This document shows, in pieces, positions 1-10,274 of a stretch of DNA of 55,685 bases. This DNA comes from Leptolinea sp. (GTDB lineage: Bacteria; Chloroflexota; Anaerolineae; Anaerolineales; Anaerolineaceae). The stretch's first letter is position 1. The number at the start of each line of letters is the position of its first letter. A program made the position numbers and the translations under genes. The notes beneath the pieces are model-generated. The model was given only the letters and a program-made list of their open reading frames with translations, was not told the DNA's origin and made no database searches. The DNA lies in assembly GCA_012515195.1 (NCBI GenBank), contig JAAYYW010000128.1, forward strand, positions 1 through 55,685, written 5' to 3'.

Positions 1-1040
1 AGGATCTTGTCGCCTTTTGGACTAAAGTGGTAGGTGTAATCTTCCATGAAGCTGGTGCCGCCCTTGAGGCCGGTGTTCATCACTTTCATGGTACGCACCA
101 GGGCTGCGGTCTTCCAGTCACCCTCGGCTCCGAAGCCATAGCCATCAGCCATCAGACGCTGGCAGGCCAGACCCGGGAGCTGCGCCATACCATGCAGGTC
201 TTCAAAGGTAGTTGTGAAGGCGGTGAAGCCGCCTGTTTCCAGGAAGTGTCGCATTCCCGCTTCAAGGCGTGCGCCTTCTCGCAGGGATGAATGTTTTTCC
301 TTGCCGGGCAGCAGATACGGCATTACATCATAGGTATCCAGATAGATCTTGACCAGCTCATCGATCTCTTTGTCGCTTACCTCATTGACCATCTTTACCA
401 GGTCACCGATGCCGTAGCCATACACATCGTACCCAAATTGGATCTGGGCGGATACTTTGTTACCTTCAGTGACGGCCACTTCGCGCATGTTATCGCCAAA
501 GCGCGCCAGTTTCCCGGTTTGTGAATCGGCCATTCCACATGCCGCGCGGGACCATATCCCCAGCTCTTTCTGGACGGTTTCGTCTTTCCAGTGACCCACA
601 ACAACTTTGCGGTCAATCCGCAGACGGGTACCAATGAACCCGTATTCGCGGTCGCCATGGGCAGACTGATGGAGGTTCATGTAATCCATATCAATATCGG
701 CCCAGGGAATCTCGCGGTAATACTGCGTGTGCAGGTGGGCCAGCGGTTTATAGAGATTCTTGAGCCCGTTGATCCACATCTTGGCGGGTGAAAAAGTGTG
801 CATCCATGTGATCAAACCAATACAGCTCTCAGAGGCGTTAGCCTCACGACACAGCCGGGTAATGTCATCGGGAGTGGTCATGACCGGTTTGAAAACAACA
901 TTAACAGGTATATGATCACAGGCGTCCAGACTGGCAGCTATCTCTTTCGAATGGGTGGCAACCTCATCCAGGACTTTGGGACCATAAAGGTGCTGGCTGC
1001 CTGTTACAAACCATACTTCATACTTTTTTAAATCGATCAT
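1..1040 (-). CDS. araA: L-arabinose isomerase (3' end runs off the window)
   Basis: Absent from the ORF track because it is open at the window edge. Minus strand from ATG at 1040 reads [20 protein letters not shown], the typical AraA N-terminus. GGAGG RBS at 1046-1050; follows araB-araD. Confidence 0.93.
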   Translation of the reverse strand, partial: MIDLKKYEVWFVTGSQHLYGPKVLDEVATHSKEIAASLDACDHIPVNVVFKPVMTTPDDITRLCREANASESCIGLITWMHTFSPAKMWINGLKNLYKPLAHLHTQYYREIPWADIDMDYMNLHQSAHGDREYGFIGTRLRIDRKVVVGHWKDETVQKELGIWSRAACGMADSQTGKLARFGDNMREVAVTEGNKVSAQIQFGYDVYGYGIGDLVKMVNEVSDKEIDELVKIYLDTYDVMPYLLPGKEKHSSLREGARLEAGMRHFLETGGFTAFTTTFEDLHGMAQLPGLACQRLMADGYGFGAEGDWKTAALVRTMKVMNTGLKGGTSFMEDYTYHFSPKGDKI

Positions 1041-1055
1041 GATTTCCTCCGGGAT

Positions 1056-1697
1056 TTACTGGCCATAAATATGCGTATAACGATAGTGTAATTTTTCTAC
1101 GTCATCTGGTGCGATGGGGATTAGCTGCCCTAACTGCCGGGCGATCCAAACAGTATGAGCTGCGTCTTCCACCATAACGGCGCTCTTTACGGCCGATTTT
1201 GCTGTTTTACCAATGGTGAATACTCCATGATTTTGAAGCAGGCAGGCAGTGGACATGCCAATGTGGTCCACAACTTCTTTTCCGATGGCTTCATCGCCAA
1301 TGCGGACGAAACCGGCGCAAGGAATGTCGCAACCGAATTCATCTCCCATGGCGGTCAGCACACAGGGAATGGGCTGTCCAACTGCGGCAAAAGCTGTGGC
1401 GTAATTGGAATGGGTATGCACAACGCCATTGACATCATCGCGATGTTTGTAAATATACAGGTGACTGAATACATCTGACGATGGTTTTAGATTACCTTCA
1501 ACAACTTTTCCATCCAGGTTTACAACGACCATGTGTTCCGGACCCATACCCTCATAAGGCACCCCCGATGCCTTGATGACTACCAGGCCGCTTTCAGGGT
1601 CGCGGGCTGAAACATTTCCGCCCGTCCATACAACCAGATGATTTTCCACCAGTTTCAAGTGCAGCTTTACAAGTTCTTCTTTCAAATTCTCTAGCAT
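1056..1697 (-). CDS. araD: L-ribulose-5-phosphate 4-epimerase (class II aldolase family)
   Basis: WTGGNVS, KPSSD, VVHTHS and QNHG motifs; lies between araB and araA. Confidence 0.92.
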   Translation of the reverse strand: MLENLKEELVKLHLKLVENHLVVWTGGNVSARDPESGLVVIKASGVPYEGMGPEHMVVVNLDGKVVEGNLKPSSDVFSHLYIYKHRDDVNGVVHTHSNYATAFAAVGQPIPCVLTAMGDEFGCDIPCAGFVRIGDEAIGKEVVDHIGMSTACLLQNHGVFTIGKTAKSAVKSAVMVEDAAHTVWIARQLGQLIPIAPDDVEKLHYRYTHIYGQ

Positions 1698-1716
1698 GAT
1701 ATAAACTCCGGTACTG

Positions 1717-3387
1717 TCAGCGTGTGCTGACCTTAATGGCTTTCAGGCGTTTCATGACATCATTGGCTCCGCGGCCGAAATAGTCATGAAGCAGTACATA
1801 TTCCTGGTACAGTTTTTCGTAGATTTTTTGATTTTCGGGATTGGGTTTGTAAACAATATCTTTGATGGCAGCCATGGCTTTTGCGGCGTCCACAATACTG
1901 TCATAACCTCCGGCCGCTTTACCGGCGGCCACCGCTCCGAACATGGCAGAGCCCAACGCGGGCGTCTGTTTGGATGCGCTAAGCTTAAGCGGAACACCAA
2001 TGACATCCGCGTAGATTTGCATCAGCATGGGATTTTTCTCGGGTAATCCGCCGCACGTTACCAGTTCATTGATCGGTACACCATTCTTCTGGAATGTTTC
2101 GATGATGATCCGCTTGCCGTAGGCTGTGGCTTCGATGAGAGCGCGGTAGATCTCTTCCGGTTTGGTGGCTAGGGTCATCCCCAGCATCATACCGGTCAGA
2201 TTCACATCCACCAGAACAGAGCGGTTGCCGTTCCACCAATCCAGAGCCAATAGGCCGCTCTCGCCGGGTTTTAGTTTTGAAGCTTTTTCTTCCAACAGCT
2301 TGTGAATGTTTAGATTTCGATCGGCGGCTTCCTGCTTGTACGAGGCCGGGACACAATTGTCCACGAACCAGGCGAAGTGATCACCCACACAGGATTGTCC
2401 GGCTTCATAACCAAAGTAACCCGGAATGATGCCATCTTCCACGTAACCGCACATGCCCGGAACAATGTGTTCTTCGGTGCCCAGTACCATATCGCAGGTA
2501 GAGGTTCCCATGATCATCACCATGGTTCCAGGTTTGGTGACTGTTGCCGCCGGGACAGCCACGTGGGCGTCCACGTTGGCCACGGCCACGGCAGTACCAG
2601 CCAGCAGGCCGGTCCATTTGGCTGCTTCATCGCTCAACCCGCCGGCTTTTTGACCGATGGGAACGATGTCTTTGGTCATCTTTTCTTCCACCACATTCTC
2701 GATGAGGGGATTCAAGGCTTTAAAGAACGCTTTTGACGGGAAACCATCGCGTTTTGACCAGATAGCTTTGTATCCTGCCGTGCAGGAATTCCGGGTTTCT
2801 ATTCCGGTCAACCGCCATACCACCCAATCGGCGGCTTCAATCATCCGGTCAGCGGCTTTATAAATGGAAGGGTCTTCATTGGCGATCTGTAAGACTTTGG
2901 AGAAAAACCATTCTGAAGAGATCTTTCCGCCATACCGGTCCAACCAGTTCTCGTTCATCGCACGGGCGGTCTCGTTGATCTTATCGGCTTCAGGCTGGGC
3001 GGCGTGGTGTTTCCACAACTTGACCCATGAATGCGGATTCTTCCGATACTCCGGCAGTGTGCAGAGTGGGGTACCATCAGCCTTTACCGGCAGCATGGTA
3101 CAGGCGGTGAAATCAATACCGAGCCCGATCACATCTTCCGGTTTGACACCGGATTCGCGCAACACAGCCGGGATGGTGTTCTGGAAGGTGCGAATATAAT
3201 CGTCCGGGTCCTGAAGAGCCCAGTCAAGGTCAAGACGGATGTCTGTGCCGGGTAATTTCTCATCGATGACAGAATTTGAATATGGGTAAACCGATGAGGC
3301 TATCTCTTTCCCGTTGCTTACATCAATTAACACAGCCCGGCCTGATTCTGAGCCAAAATCAACTCCAATTGCGTATTTACTGGGCAT
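1717..3387 (-). CDS. araB: Ribulokinase (FGGY family)
   Basis: [28 protein letters not shown] and LDWWNGNRS motifs; AGGAGG RBS upstream. Confidence 0.93.
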   Translation of the reverse strand: MPSKYAIGVDFGSESGRAVLIDVSNGKEIASSVYPYSNSVIDEKLPGTDIRLDLDWALQDPDDYIRTFQNTIPAVLRESGVKPEDVIGLGIDFTACTMLPVKADGTPLCTLPEYRKNPHSWVKLWKHHAAQPEADKINETARAMNENWLDRYGGKISSEWFFSKVLQIANEDPSIYKAADRMIEAADWVVWRLTGIETRNSCTAGYKAIWSKRDGFPSKAFFKALNPLIENVVEEKMTKDIVPIGQKAGGLSDEAAKWTGLLAGTAVAVANVDAHVAVPAATVTKPGTMVMIMGTSTCDMVLGTEEHIVPGMCGYVEDGIIPGYFGYEAGQSCVGDHFAWFVDNCVPASYKQEAADRNLNIHKLLEEKASKLKPGESGLLALDWWNGNRSVLVDVNLTGMMLGMTLATKPEEIYRALIEATAYGKRIIIETFQKNGVPINELVTCGGLPEKNPMLMQIYADVIGVPLKLSASKQTPALGSAMFGAVAAGKAAGGYDSIVDAAKAMAAIKDIVYKPNPENQKIYEKLYQEYVLLHDYFGRGANDVMKRLKAIKVSTR

Positions 3388-3564
3388 AACCCCTCCTGGA
3401 CAAAAAAGAATGGATTAAACCTTCCGGGCAGGAAGGTAATTTGTGTTTAATAAGTTGTTGACATCGAGATGTAGATGGATATGTATGGGAATTGGAAGCG
3501 AATGAAGATAACAGGGTGGGAGAGGATTGCCAAACAAAACTACCGGGAAGCCTCCTCCGGATCA

Positions 3565-3621
3565 CCCGTAGAAAAATACCATTCCTGATGGCCGCGGGAA
3601 TGGCAGTATTCTGGCTACGGG
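3565..3621. other. Long interrupted stem-loop between lacI and araB
   Basis: Nested inverted repeats CCCGTAG/CTACGGG, AATAC/GTATT and CCATTCC/GGAATGG. Confidence 0.45.
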
Positions 3622-3651
3622 GAGTCCGCGGTTTTCGCAAACCCCATTGCT

Positions 3652-4713
3652 TCATGAGGTTTCAGGCTCCAGTATTCTGGCCCTGTTTGAACTTTCTCTG
3701 ACCAACAGTTCAGGGCTGAGAATGATCGTGCGTTGGCTTTCGTGGTCAGATTGGACACGGGACCGTTCAATGGAGTGGACTATTTCATCCACGGCTGTGC
3801 ACCCCAAAAGGTACTGGTCGAGAACGATCGTTGTTAATGGTGATTGATAATAAGCCGCTTCGGGCAGCCCATCCACGCCTACCACACCGAGCTGTTGCGG
3901 AATTGCTATGTCTCCCTGGTAGGAAATTTGAACAACTGGAGCGGCCATCTGATCATTACCAACAAAGACAGCGTCTATTTCAGGGTATTGGTTTAGCAAT
4001 TGTTTGAAGGCAACTTCACCGCTGGAAGAAGACCAATTGCCTTCAGCGCAATGAGATTCAAGTCCCTCAATCCCTGCTGCGTAAAGGGCGGCTTTCCAAC
4101 CTGCTTTTCGTTGGCGGCTTTCCCACCAATCCAGGGGGCCGGAGATATGTCCAATGTGCCGGTAGCCCTGACGGAGGAGATGTTCTGTGGCCATCCTTCC
4201 CGCCAGGAAATTGTCAAAACTGATGATCGTTAATCCCGGCTGATTTTCCATGGTTAAGAAAACGATTGGTACCGGAAGGTCTGAGAGTTCAGTGTGGATC
4301 CAGGCACGGTTGTCGCCAACTTCCGGCACAGCCCAAAGAATACCATCCACGTGATGCGCCAGTAGATTTTGAAGCAGGGGTTTTATGTATTCAGTGTCAA
4401 AACGGGGAAGTTCCTTTAACAAGAGGGAATAACCCATTTTCTCAGATTGAAATGTAATACCATTGAGTGTGCGGGAGGGGCCCATAAATTTCAAACCGGC
4501 CGTAACAACACCCAGCGAGTAACTGCGTTGTTGGATCAAACTACGCGCCAGGGCACTGGGTTGATAACCCAGTTCTTCGATTACCTGGTTTACCTTGATC
4601 CGGGTTTCTTCGGCCACATCAGGCCGATCGTTGATAACACGAGATACGGTCTGGGTGGATACTCCAGCAGCCTGAGCGACTTCTTTGATGGTGGGACGTT
4701 TGTTGAAGTACAA
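3652..4713 (-). CDS. LacI-family transcriptional regulator (probable arabinose-locus repressor)
   Basis: PTIKEVAQAAGVSTQTVSRVIN HTH plus sugar-binding domain. Start placed at TTG 4713 because the ORF-track extension to 4776 overlaps the promoter and operator. Confidence 0.9.
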   Translation of the reverse strand: MYFNKRPTIKEVAQAAGVSTQTVSRVINDRPDVAEETRIKVNQVIEELGYQPSALARSLIQQRSYSLGVVTAGLKFMGPSRTLNGITFQSEKMGYSLLLKELPRFDTEYIKPLLQNLLAHHVDGILWAVPEVGDNRAWIHTELSDLPVPIVFLTMENQPGLTIISFDNFLAGRMATEHLLRQGYRHIGHISGPLDWWESRQRKAGWKAALYAAGIEGLESHCAEGNWSSSSGEVAFKQLLNQYPEIDAVFVGNDQMAAPVVQISYQGDIAIPQQLGVVGVDGLPEAAYYQSPLTTIVLDQYLLGCTAVDEIVHSIERSRVQSDHESQRTIILSPELLVRESSNRARILEPETS

Positions 4714-4740
4714 AATCCAAACCCTTTCCGCCAATGATTC

Positions 4741-4795
4741 CCGGTATCGGTATCGGGAACGATAACATCGTAGCAAATAGAAATGTGTTTGTCAA
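4741..4795 (-). promoter_or_regulatory. Sigma70 promoter of lacI with adjacent LacI-type operator
   Basis: Minus strand TTGACA (4795-4790), 17 bp spacer, extended -10 TGcTACGAT (4775-4767), followed directly by GTTATCGTTCCCGATACCGATACCGG. Confidence 0.7.
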
Positions 4796-4982
4796 GCAAT
4801 CTTACCATAGGCCGTAATCCAACGGCCCTCTGGAATAGTTAGAGAGCGCAAAAAATGACAAAAAAACACGAAGAATCTATGTAATTTGTAGCAAATAAAA
4901 CAGAAAATAACAATAAATACCAAAAGAAAGTGATTATCGTCATGAAAAATGTTACAAAGGTCAGGTATTTTCAAGAATCCAC

Positions 4983-5042
4983 TTGACATTGGTGGTTTAC
5001 TTTGCTAATATCTCAATGTGAACGATAACGGGAACGTTATCG
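4983..5042 (+). promoter_or_regulatory. Sigma70 promoter of the ABC operon with operator palindrome
   Basis: TTGACA (4983-4988), 17 bp spacer, TGcTAATAT (5003-5011); downstream inverted repeat CGATAACG-ggaa-CGTTATCG (5023-5042). Confidence 0.75.
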
Positions 5043-5386
5043 AGTGCTCTCCAGCTTTTGGCAAGATCTCAGGGCCAGGAGCACCCCCTAACGGTAAATT
5101 TTACAGGTATGGACAATAAGGAATTACCCGGGCTTCGCCAAGGTTCTTTTTGTGGGTGATTCACGCATAACTTGCTTCCCCCGACCAGGGCAGATAATTT
5201 GCCAACGGTCATTCGAATGTCTGTCGATCAAATTTGGAAGAATTTGTAAAAAAATCGCGGACAATGGTTTTCTGAGAGAACCAAAAAAACTCAGGAGGAG
5301 GAGAACAATAAGAGATATACGAAGATAGACAATACAGCACAAGCTATACTAAATTCGTTGTATGAAAACTATGAAGGAGAAATGGG

Positions 5387-6421
5387 ATGAAAGTCTTGAA
5401 AGTCGTATCGAATATCGCATTGTTGATGGTCCTCGTGTTTGCCATGGTTGCCTGTGCGGCACCTGCCACACCCGCGCCCGCCGCTGCACCTGCTGAACCG
5501 GCTGCTGCCGAACCGGCCGCTCCGGCCGCTGCTGAGGAAGCACCCAAGGAATTCACCTACAGCAACATGACCATGTGCTACCCGCAGTTGGGCGCTGAAT
5601 CCGACTGGCGCACCGCCAACACCGCTTCCTTTAAAGAGACTGCCGGTGAACTCGGCGTTCGCCTGATCTTCTCCGATGCCCAGCAGAAACAGGAAAATCA
5701 GATCTCCGCTATGCGCGCCTGCATTGCCCAGGGTGTGGATATCATTGCCCTGCCTCCTGTAGTAGAAGATGGTTTCGAAGCCGTCCTGACCGAAGCCAAA
5801 GATGCCGGAATCCCCGTGATCATTGTTGACCGCTCCGTTTCCGCTGACAAATCCCTGTACGCTGCCCACATCGGCTCCGACATGGTTCTGGAAGGCGAAA
5901 AAGCTGGTACTGAAATGTCGAAACTGCTGCCCGAAGGTGGCAAGATCGTTGAACTCTCCGGTACCACCGGCTCCGGCGCTGCAGTTGGCCGTGCCGAAGG
6001 TTTCCGCAAGACCCTGGCCTCCAACATCGAGATCATCGATTCCCAGACCGGTAACTTCACCCGTGCCGAAGGCAAACCCGTTATGGAAGCCTTCCTCAAG
6101 AAATACGGCGACGAAATCAAGGGTGCTTTCATCCACAATGATGACATGGCCATTGGCGCCATCGAAGCTATGAAAGCTGCCGGCCTCAATCCTGGCGATA
6201 TCAAAGTTGTCTCTGTTGACGGTACCCGCGGTGGTTTCCAGGCTATGGCTGATGGTTGGATCCAGGTCGACGTGGAATGCAATCCCCTCCTCGGACCCCA
6301 GACCATGGAACTGGCTCTGAATATCCTCAACGGCAAACCCTTCGAAGCTGAAACAATCACCATCGAAGAAGTCTACTACGCCGAACAGGCTGCCGAACTG
6401 CTTCCTGGCCGCAAGTACTAA
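5387..6421 (+). CDS. Sugar ABC transporter substrate-binding lipoprotein, YtfQ-like
   Basis: Lipobox MVAC, Pro/Ala linker, GAESDWRTANT, SDAQQKQENQI, HNDDMAIGA and VECNPLLGPQ motifs. Confidence 0.9.
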   Translation: MKVLKVVSNIALLMVLVFAMVACAAPATPAPAAAPAEPAAAEPAAPAAAEEAPKEFTYSNMTMCYPQLGAESDWRTANTASFKETAGELGVRLIFSDAQQKQENQISAMRACIAQGVDIIALPPVVEDGFEAVLTEAKDAGIPVIIVDRSVSADKSLYAAHIGSDMVLEGEKAGTEMSKLLPEGGKIVELSGTTGSGAAVGRAEGFRKTLASNIEIIDSQTGNFTRAEGKPVMEAFLKKYGDEIKGAFIHNDDMAIGAIEAMKAAGLNPGDIKVVSVDGTRGGFQAMADGWIQVDVECNPLLGPQTMELALNILNGKPFEAETITIEEVYYAEQAAELLPGRKY

Positions 6422-6472
6422 ATCGTTGCACCACGCAGTTGTAAGCTAATACCAATGTAATTTTGCATAAAG

Positions 6473-6505
6473 AGAGAAGCGGCGTTGTTTCAACACCGCT
6501 TCTCT
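6473..6505 (+). terminator. Stem-loop after the SBP gene (mRNA stabiliser or partial terminator)
   Basis: AGAGAAGCGGCGTTG/CAACACCGCTTCTCT inverted repeat with one mismatch. Confidence 0.65.
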
Positions 6506-6569
6506 TCAAGAAAGCTCCACATTATTCTCCTGCACTATTATTCAAACAGCTCCAAAAAAGGCAGACGAT

Positions 6570-8087
6570 ATGGAAGAAACACCTAATATTTTAATCGCTA
6601 AAGGCATCACCAAATCTTTTCCTGGTGTGCTCGCCCTTGAGAATGTCGACTTTTCCCTTCGAAAGGGAGAGATCCACGCGCTGATCGGCGAAAATGGGGC
6701 TGGTAAGTCAACGCTTATCAAAGTCTTGACCGGCGTGGAAAAGCCCGATGCCGGTTATATTGAATTTGACGGTAATAAGATCGATGTAAACTCTCCTCAG
6801 CAAGCCCAGGAAATTGGTTTGAGTACGGTGTACCAGGAAATTAACCTGTGCACGAATATCTCTGTTGCAGAAAATATTATGCTTGGGCATGAACCCAAAG
6901 GCTTCCTGGGAAATATCAGCTGGAAAAAGATGAATGAATTGGCCGAGAAGTCTTTGATGAAACTCGGAGTGAAGATTGACGTTTCCAAACCCCTGGGAAA
7001 CTATTCGGTAGCCATTCAGCAAATGGTGGCCATCACCCGTTCCCTGGAATTTGAAAATGCCAAAGTGTTGATCCTGGACGAACCTACGTCAAGCCTCGAT
7101 GCGCAGGAGACAAGAAACCTCTTCGAGGTGATGCGTAAACTGAAGAGTGAAGGGCTTGGCATCATCTTCATTACACACTTCCTCGACCAGGTATACGAGA
7201 TCACCGACCGCATTACGGTATTCCGTAATGGTAAGTTTGTAGGCACTTTTGAAACATCATCTCTTCCCCGGGTCAATCTGATCGCCAATATGCTTGGCCG
7301 CAGCCTCACCGACCTTGATGATCTTTCCAAAGGAAAACATAAGATAGAGAAGGATTTAAAAGGAACCCCGGTACTGGAAGCCAATTCCATGGGTAAGACG
7401 GACATTTTTGAGCCGATCGATATGGAATTAATGGAGAACGAGGTTGTGGGTATCGCCGGTCTTTTAGGGTCTGGACGCACTGAACTGGCTCATTTGATTT
7501 TTGGTATTCAATCACCTGACACCGGTGACCTGATCATTAATGGAAATAAGGTGAAGAATTTTTCACCTCTTGATTCGCTAAAACGAGGTGTTGCTCTTTG
7601 CCCTGAAGATCGTAAAGCGGAAGGTATTGTAGGCGATCTGACCATACGTGAGAATATTATCCTGGCATTACAGGCCAGGCTTGGATGGTTTAAATACTTA
7701 TCAATCCAGAAACAATATGAGATCGCGGATAAATACATCAAGTTACTGGGGATCGTAACGCCATCCCCCGACCAGCTGGTGAAGAATTTGAGCGGTGGCA
7801 ATCAGCAGAAGGTTATCCTGGCTCGCTGGCTGGCTACCAATCCACAGGTTCTGATCCTTGATGAACCGACCCGCGGTATTGATGTGGGCGCGAAGACAGA
7901 GATCCAAAAATTGGTGCTGGACCTGGCTGATGAAGGCAAATCTTGCATTTTCATCTCATCCGAGCTCGAAGAGGTTCTGCGTTGCAGCCACCGGGTTCTG
8001 GTTCTGCGTGATCACAAACTGGTGGCAGAATATGGCGCCGAGGTGGATGACCAGACCATTATGCATACCATGGCAGGTAATATATGA
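6570..8087 (+). CDS. Sugar ABC transporter ATP-binding protein (two NBDs; YtfR/RbsA-like)
   Basis: GENGAGKST, LDEPT twice, LSGGNQQK. Confidence 0.93.
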   Translation: MEETPNILIAKGITKSFPGVLALENVDFSLRKGEIHALIGENGAGKSTLIKVLTGVEKPDAGYIEFDGNKIDVNSPQQAQEIGLSTVYQEINLCTNISVAENIMLGHEPKGFLGNISWKKMNELAEKSLMKLGVKIDVSKPLGNYSVAIQQMVAITRSLEFENAKVLILDEPTSSLDAQETRNLFEVMRKLKSEGLGIIFITHFLDQVYEITDRITVFRNGKFVGTFETSSLPRVNLIANMLGRSLTDLDDLSKGKHKIEKDLKGTPVLEANSMGKTDIFEPIDMELMENEVVGIAGLLGSGRTELAHLIFGIQSPDTGDLIINGNKVKNFSPLDSLKRGVALCPEDRKAEGIVGDLTIRENIILALQARLGWFKYLSIQKQYEIADKYIKLLGIVTPSPDQLVKNLSGGNQQKVILARWLATNPQVLILDEPTRGIDVGAKTEIQKLVLDLADEGKSCIFISSELEEVLRCSHRVLVLRDHKLVAEYGAEVDDQTIMHTMAGNI

Positions 8088-9163
8088 AGAAGAAGACTAA
8101 TTTTTTTGACAATTTTCGTCACAGCCGTCTGTTTTGGCCGCTGGTTGCTTTGGCGATCATCCTTATATTTGATGCGTTCTATGCTCCCAGTTTTTTCAAG
8201 ATCGGTATTCTTAACGGCCACCTCTATGGAAATCTCATCGATGTATTGAATAACGGAGCCCCCCTGGCAATCGTTGCCATTGGTATGACCCTGGTCATCG
8301 CCACGGGCGGTGTTGACCTATCGGTGGGTGCGGTAATCGCCATTTCAGCTGCCATGGGTGCGGTTCTCATCAACCCGGCGTTGGGCGATAAACTGATCGA
8401 TGTGGAGATCCTTACCGCGAACACCACCAACACTCCGCTCCCGTTGATCGTACTGGCCGATATCGCGGCAGGAACATTGTGCGGTCTGTGGAATGGCTTC
8501 CTGGTTTCCCGTGTGCGTATCCAACCCATGGTTGCCACACTGATCTTGATGGTAGCGGGACGTGGTATTGCCCAGCTCATCACTAACGGTCAGATCATGA
8601 CCATTTACTACACACCATATTTCTGGTTTGGCAACGGCTTCATCTTCGGCCTTCCGGTTTCCATTTATATCGTGGCACTGGTTTTCCTCATCGGGTGGCT
8701 GCTGGTGCGCAAAACATCCATTGGTCTGTTCATTGAATCGGTAGGCATCAACGCCAAATCCACCCACTACAGTGGTATCAGTGAGAAGAACGTAAAGCTG
8801 TTCGCTTATACTTTCTGCGGTTTTTGCGGTTCCATTGCAGGACTGATCCTCAGTTCATATGTTCATAGCTGCGACGCGAACAATATCGGTCTGAATTATG
8901 AGTTGGATGCCATCCTCTCAGTGGTTATCGGTGGAACACTGATGGCGGGCGGCCGTTTCTCACTGGCTTCCAGTATCCTGGGCGCCATGATCATCTGGAC
9001 GTTCACTCTGAGCATGTACACCATTGGTATTCCGGCGAACACGCTGCTAGCTGCCAAAGCCGTACTCGTTATGATCGTTATCCTGCTCTACTCAGACCAG
9101 TTAAAGACTCTGCTCAACCGCTTTGGCGCACAGAAAGGTGGAAGCCATGTGGAATCGAACTAA
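8084..9163 (+). CDS. Sugar ABC transporter permease (YtfT-like)
   Basis: GGVDLSVG, IQPMVATLILMVAGRGIAQL, ELDAIL; multiple TM segments; ATGA overlap with the ATPase gene. Confidence 0.92.
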   Translation: MKKKTNFFDNFRHSRLFWPLVALAIILIFDAFYAPSFFKIGILNGHLYGNLIDVLNNGAPLAIVAIGMTLVIATGGVDLSVGAVIAISAAMGAVLINPALGDKLIDVEILTANTTNTPLPLIVLADIAAGTLCGLWNGFLVSRVRIQPMVATLILMVAGRGIAQLITNGQIMTIYYTPYFWFGNGFIFGLPVSIYIVALVFLIGWLLVRKTSIGLFIESVGINAKSTHYSGISEKNVKLFAYTFCGFCGSIAGLILSSYVHSCDANNIGLNYELDAILSVVIGGTLMAGGRFSLASSILGAMIIWTFTLSMYTIGIPANTLLAAKAVLVMIVILLYSDQLKTLLNRFGAQKGGSHVESN

Positions 9164-10136
9164 ACTCTTCCTCCTGAATAATGGTCCCCTCTTATTCACT
9201 ATCATCATCTTTACCATTGGTTATTTCATCTCAGGGCAGCTTTATCCGGCCATGCAGAAACCACAGGTGTTTTTCAACCTGTTCGTTAATAATGCCAGCC
9301 TGTTGCTCTTATCCATCGGTATGACGTTTGTTGTTATCTCAAATGGTATAGACCTGTCTGTGGCCGGAATGTTGGCTTTGACCACGGTTGCCACAGCCAC
9401 CTTGCTAAATCTCGGGGTCAGCCCGTACATCATCATGCCTTTGATGATCCTGATGGGTATCGCGTTCGGAGCCCTTCAGGGGTTTATTATCTACAAACTT
9501 AAAGTGGAAGCCTTTGTGGTAACCCTGATGGGAATGTTCTTCTGCCGTGGAATGGCTTACATAATCAGCCTGACATCTGTAACGATCACGGATCCTGTGT
9601 ACAAAGCCCTTGCCTTTCAAAAAGTCTTGATACCTGGCCTGGGAAAAACCTATGTGTATCTTTACTCGATTGTTGCTTTAGTTATGTTCTTGATCGCCAT
9701 ATATATCGCGAAATACACCCGTTTTGGGCGCACCATGTATGCCATTGGCAATAATGAGCAGTCGGCACGGCTCATGGGTCTTCCTGTGGAACGAACCCGG
9801 ATTATGGTTTATGCATTCAGCGGATTCTGCTCCGCATTGGGAGGCATTGTTTTTAGCATGGCGCTGCTATCCGGGTATGGGCAATACGCCTTCGCCATGG
9901 AAATGGATGCCATCGCCTCAGTGGTCATGGGTGGTACCGTGTTAACCGGCGGTATGGGAAATGTGATCGGTACGTTGTTTGGTGTGCTGATCGAAGGCAC
10001 GATCATAAGTGTATTGCAGTTTAATGGAACTTTGAGTTCCTGGTGGACACGCATTGGTGTTGGTGTTCTCACTCTGTTCTTTATCGGAATTCAAATGGTG
10101 TTCCAGCAAATGGGTAAAAAATCGTCCTCATCATAG
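9147..10136 (+). CDS. Sugar ABC transporter permease (YjfF-like)
   Basis: GIDLSV, TRFGRTMYAIGNNEQSARLMG, LSSWWTRI; start placed at ATG 9147. Confidence 0.9.
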   Translation: MWNRTKLFLLNNGPLLFTIIIFTIGYFISGQLYPAMQKPQVFFNLFVNNASLLLLSIGMTFVVISNGIDLSVAGMLALTTVATATLLNLGVSPYIIMPLMILMGIAFGALQGFIIYKLKVEAFVVTLMGMFFCRGMAYIISLTSVTITDPVYKALAFQKVLIPGLGKTYVYLYSIVALVMFLIAIYIAKYTRFGRTMYAIGNNEQSARLMGLPVERTRIMVYAFSGFCSALGGIVFSMALLSGYGQYAFAMEMDAIASVVMGGTVLTGGMGNVIGTLFGVLIEGTIISVLQFNGTLSSWWTRIGVGVLTLFFIGIQMVFQQMGKKSSSS

Positions 10137-10162
10137 GATAGATTTGGGTTGTTTGGGGAGAT

Positions 10163-10203
10163 CAGGCAGCGGCCGGGGGATACATCCGCTGCCTGTCTTC
10201 TTT
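10163..10203 (+). terminator. Intrinsic terminator after the ABC operon
   Basis: CAGGCAGCGG/CCGCTGCCTG stem followed by a T-rich tail, between convergent genes. Confidence 0.6.
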
Positions 10204-10274
10204 AAATACTCAAAAAAAAACCTCCACTTGGAAGGTTTTAAGCAAACCGGTTGTGAAATGAAAATAGCAGAAGA

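Noticed and set aside
5369-6363. Long antisense ORFs (255 and 221 aa) over the SBP gene
   Set aside because: Shadow frames produced by the strong codon bias of a well-supported gene; no recognisable motifs.
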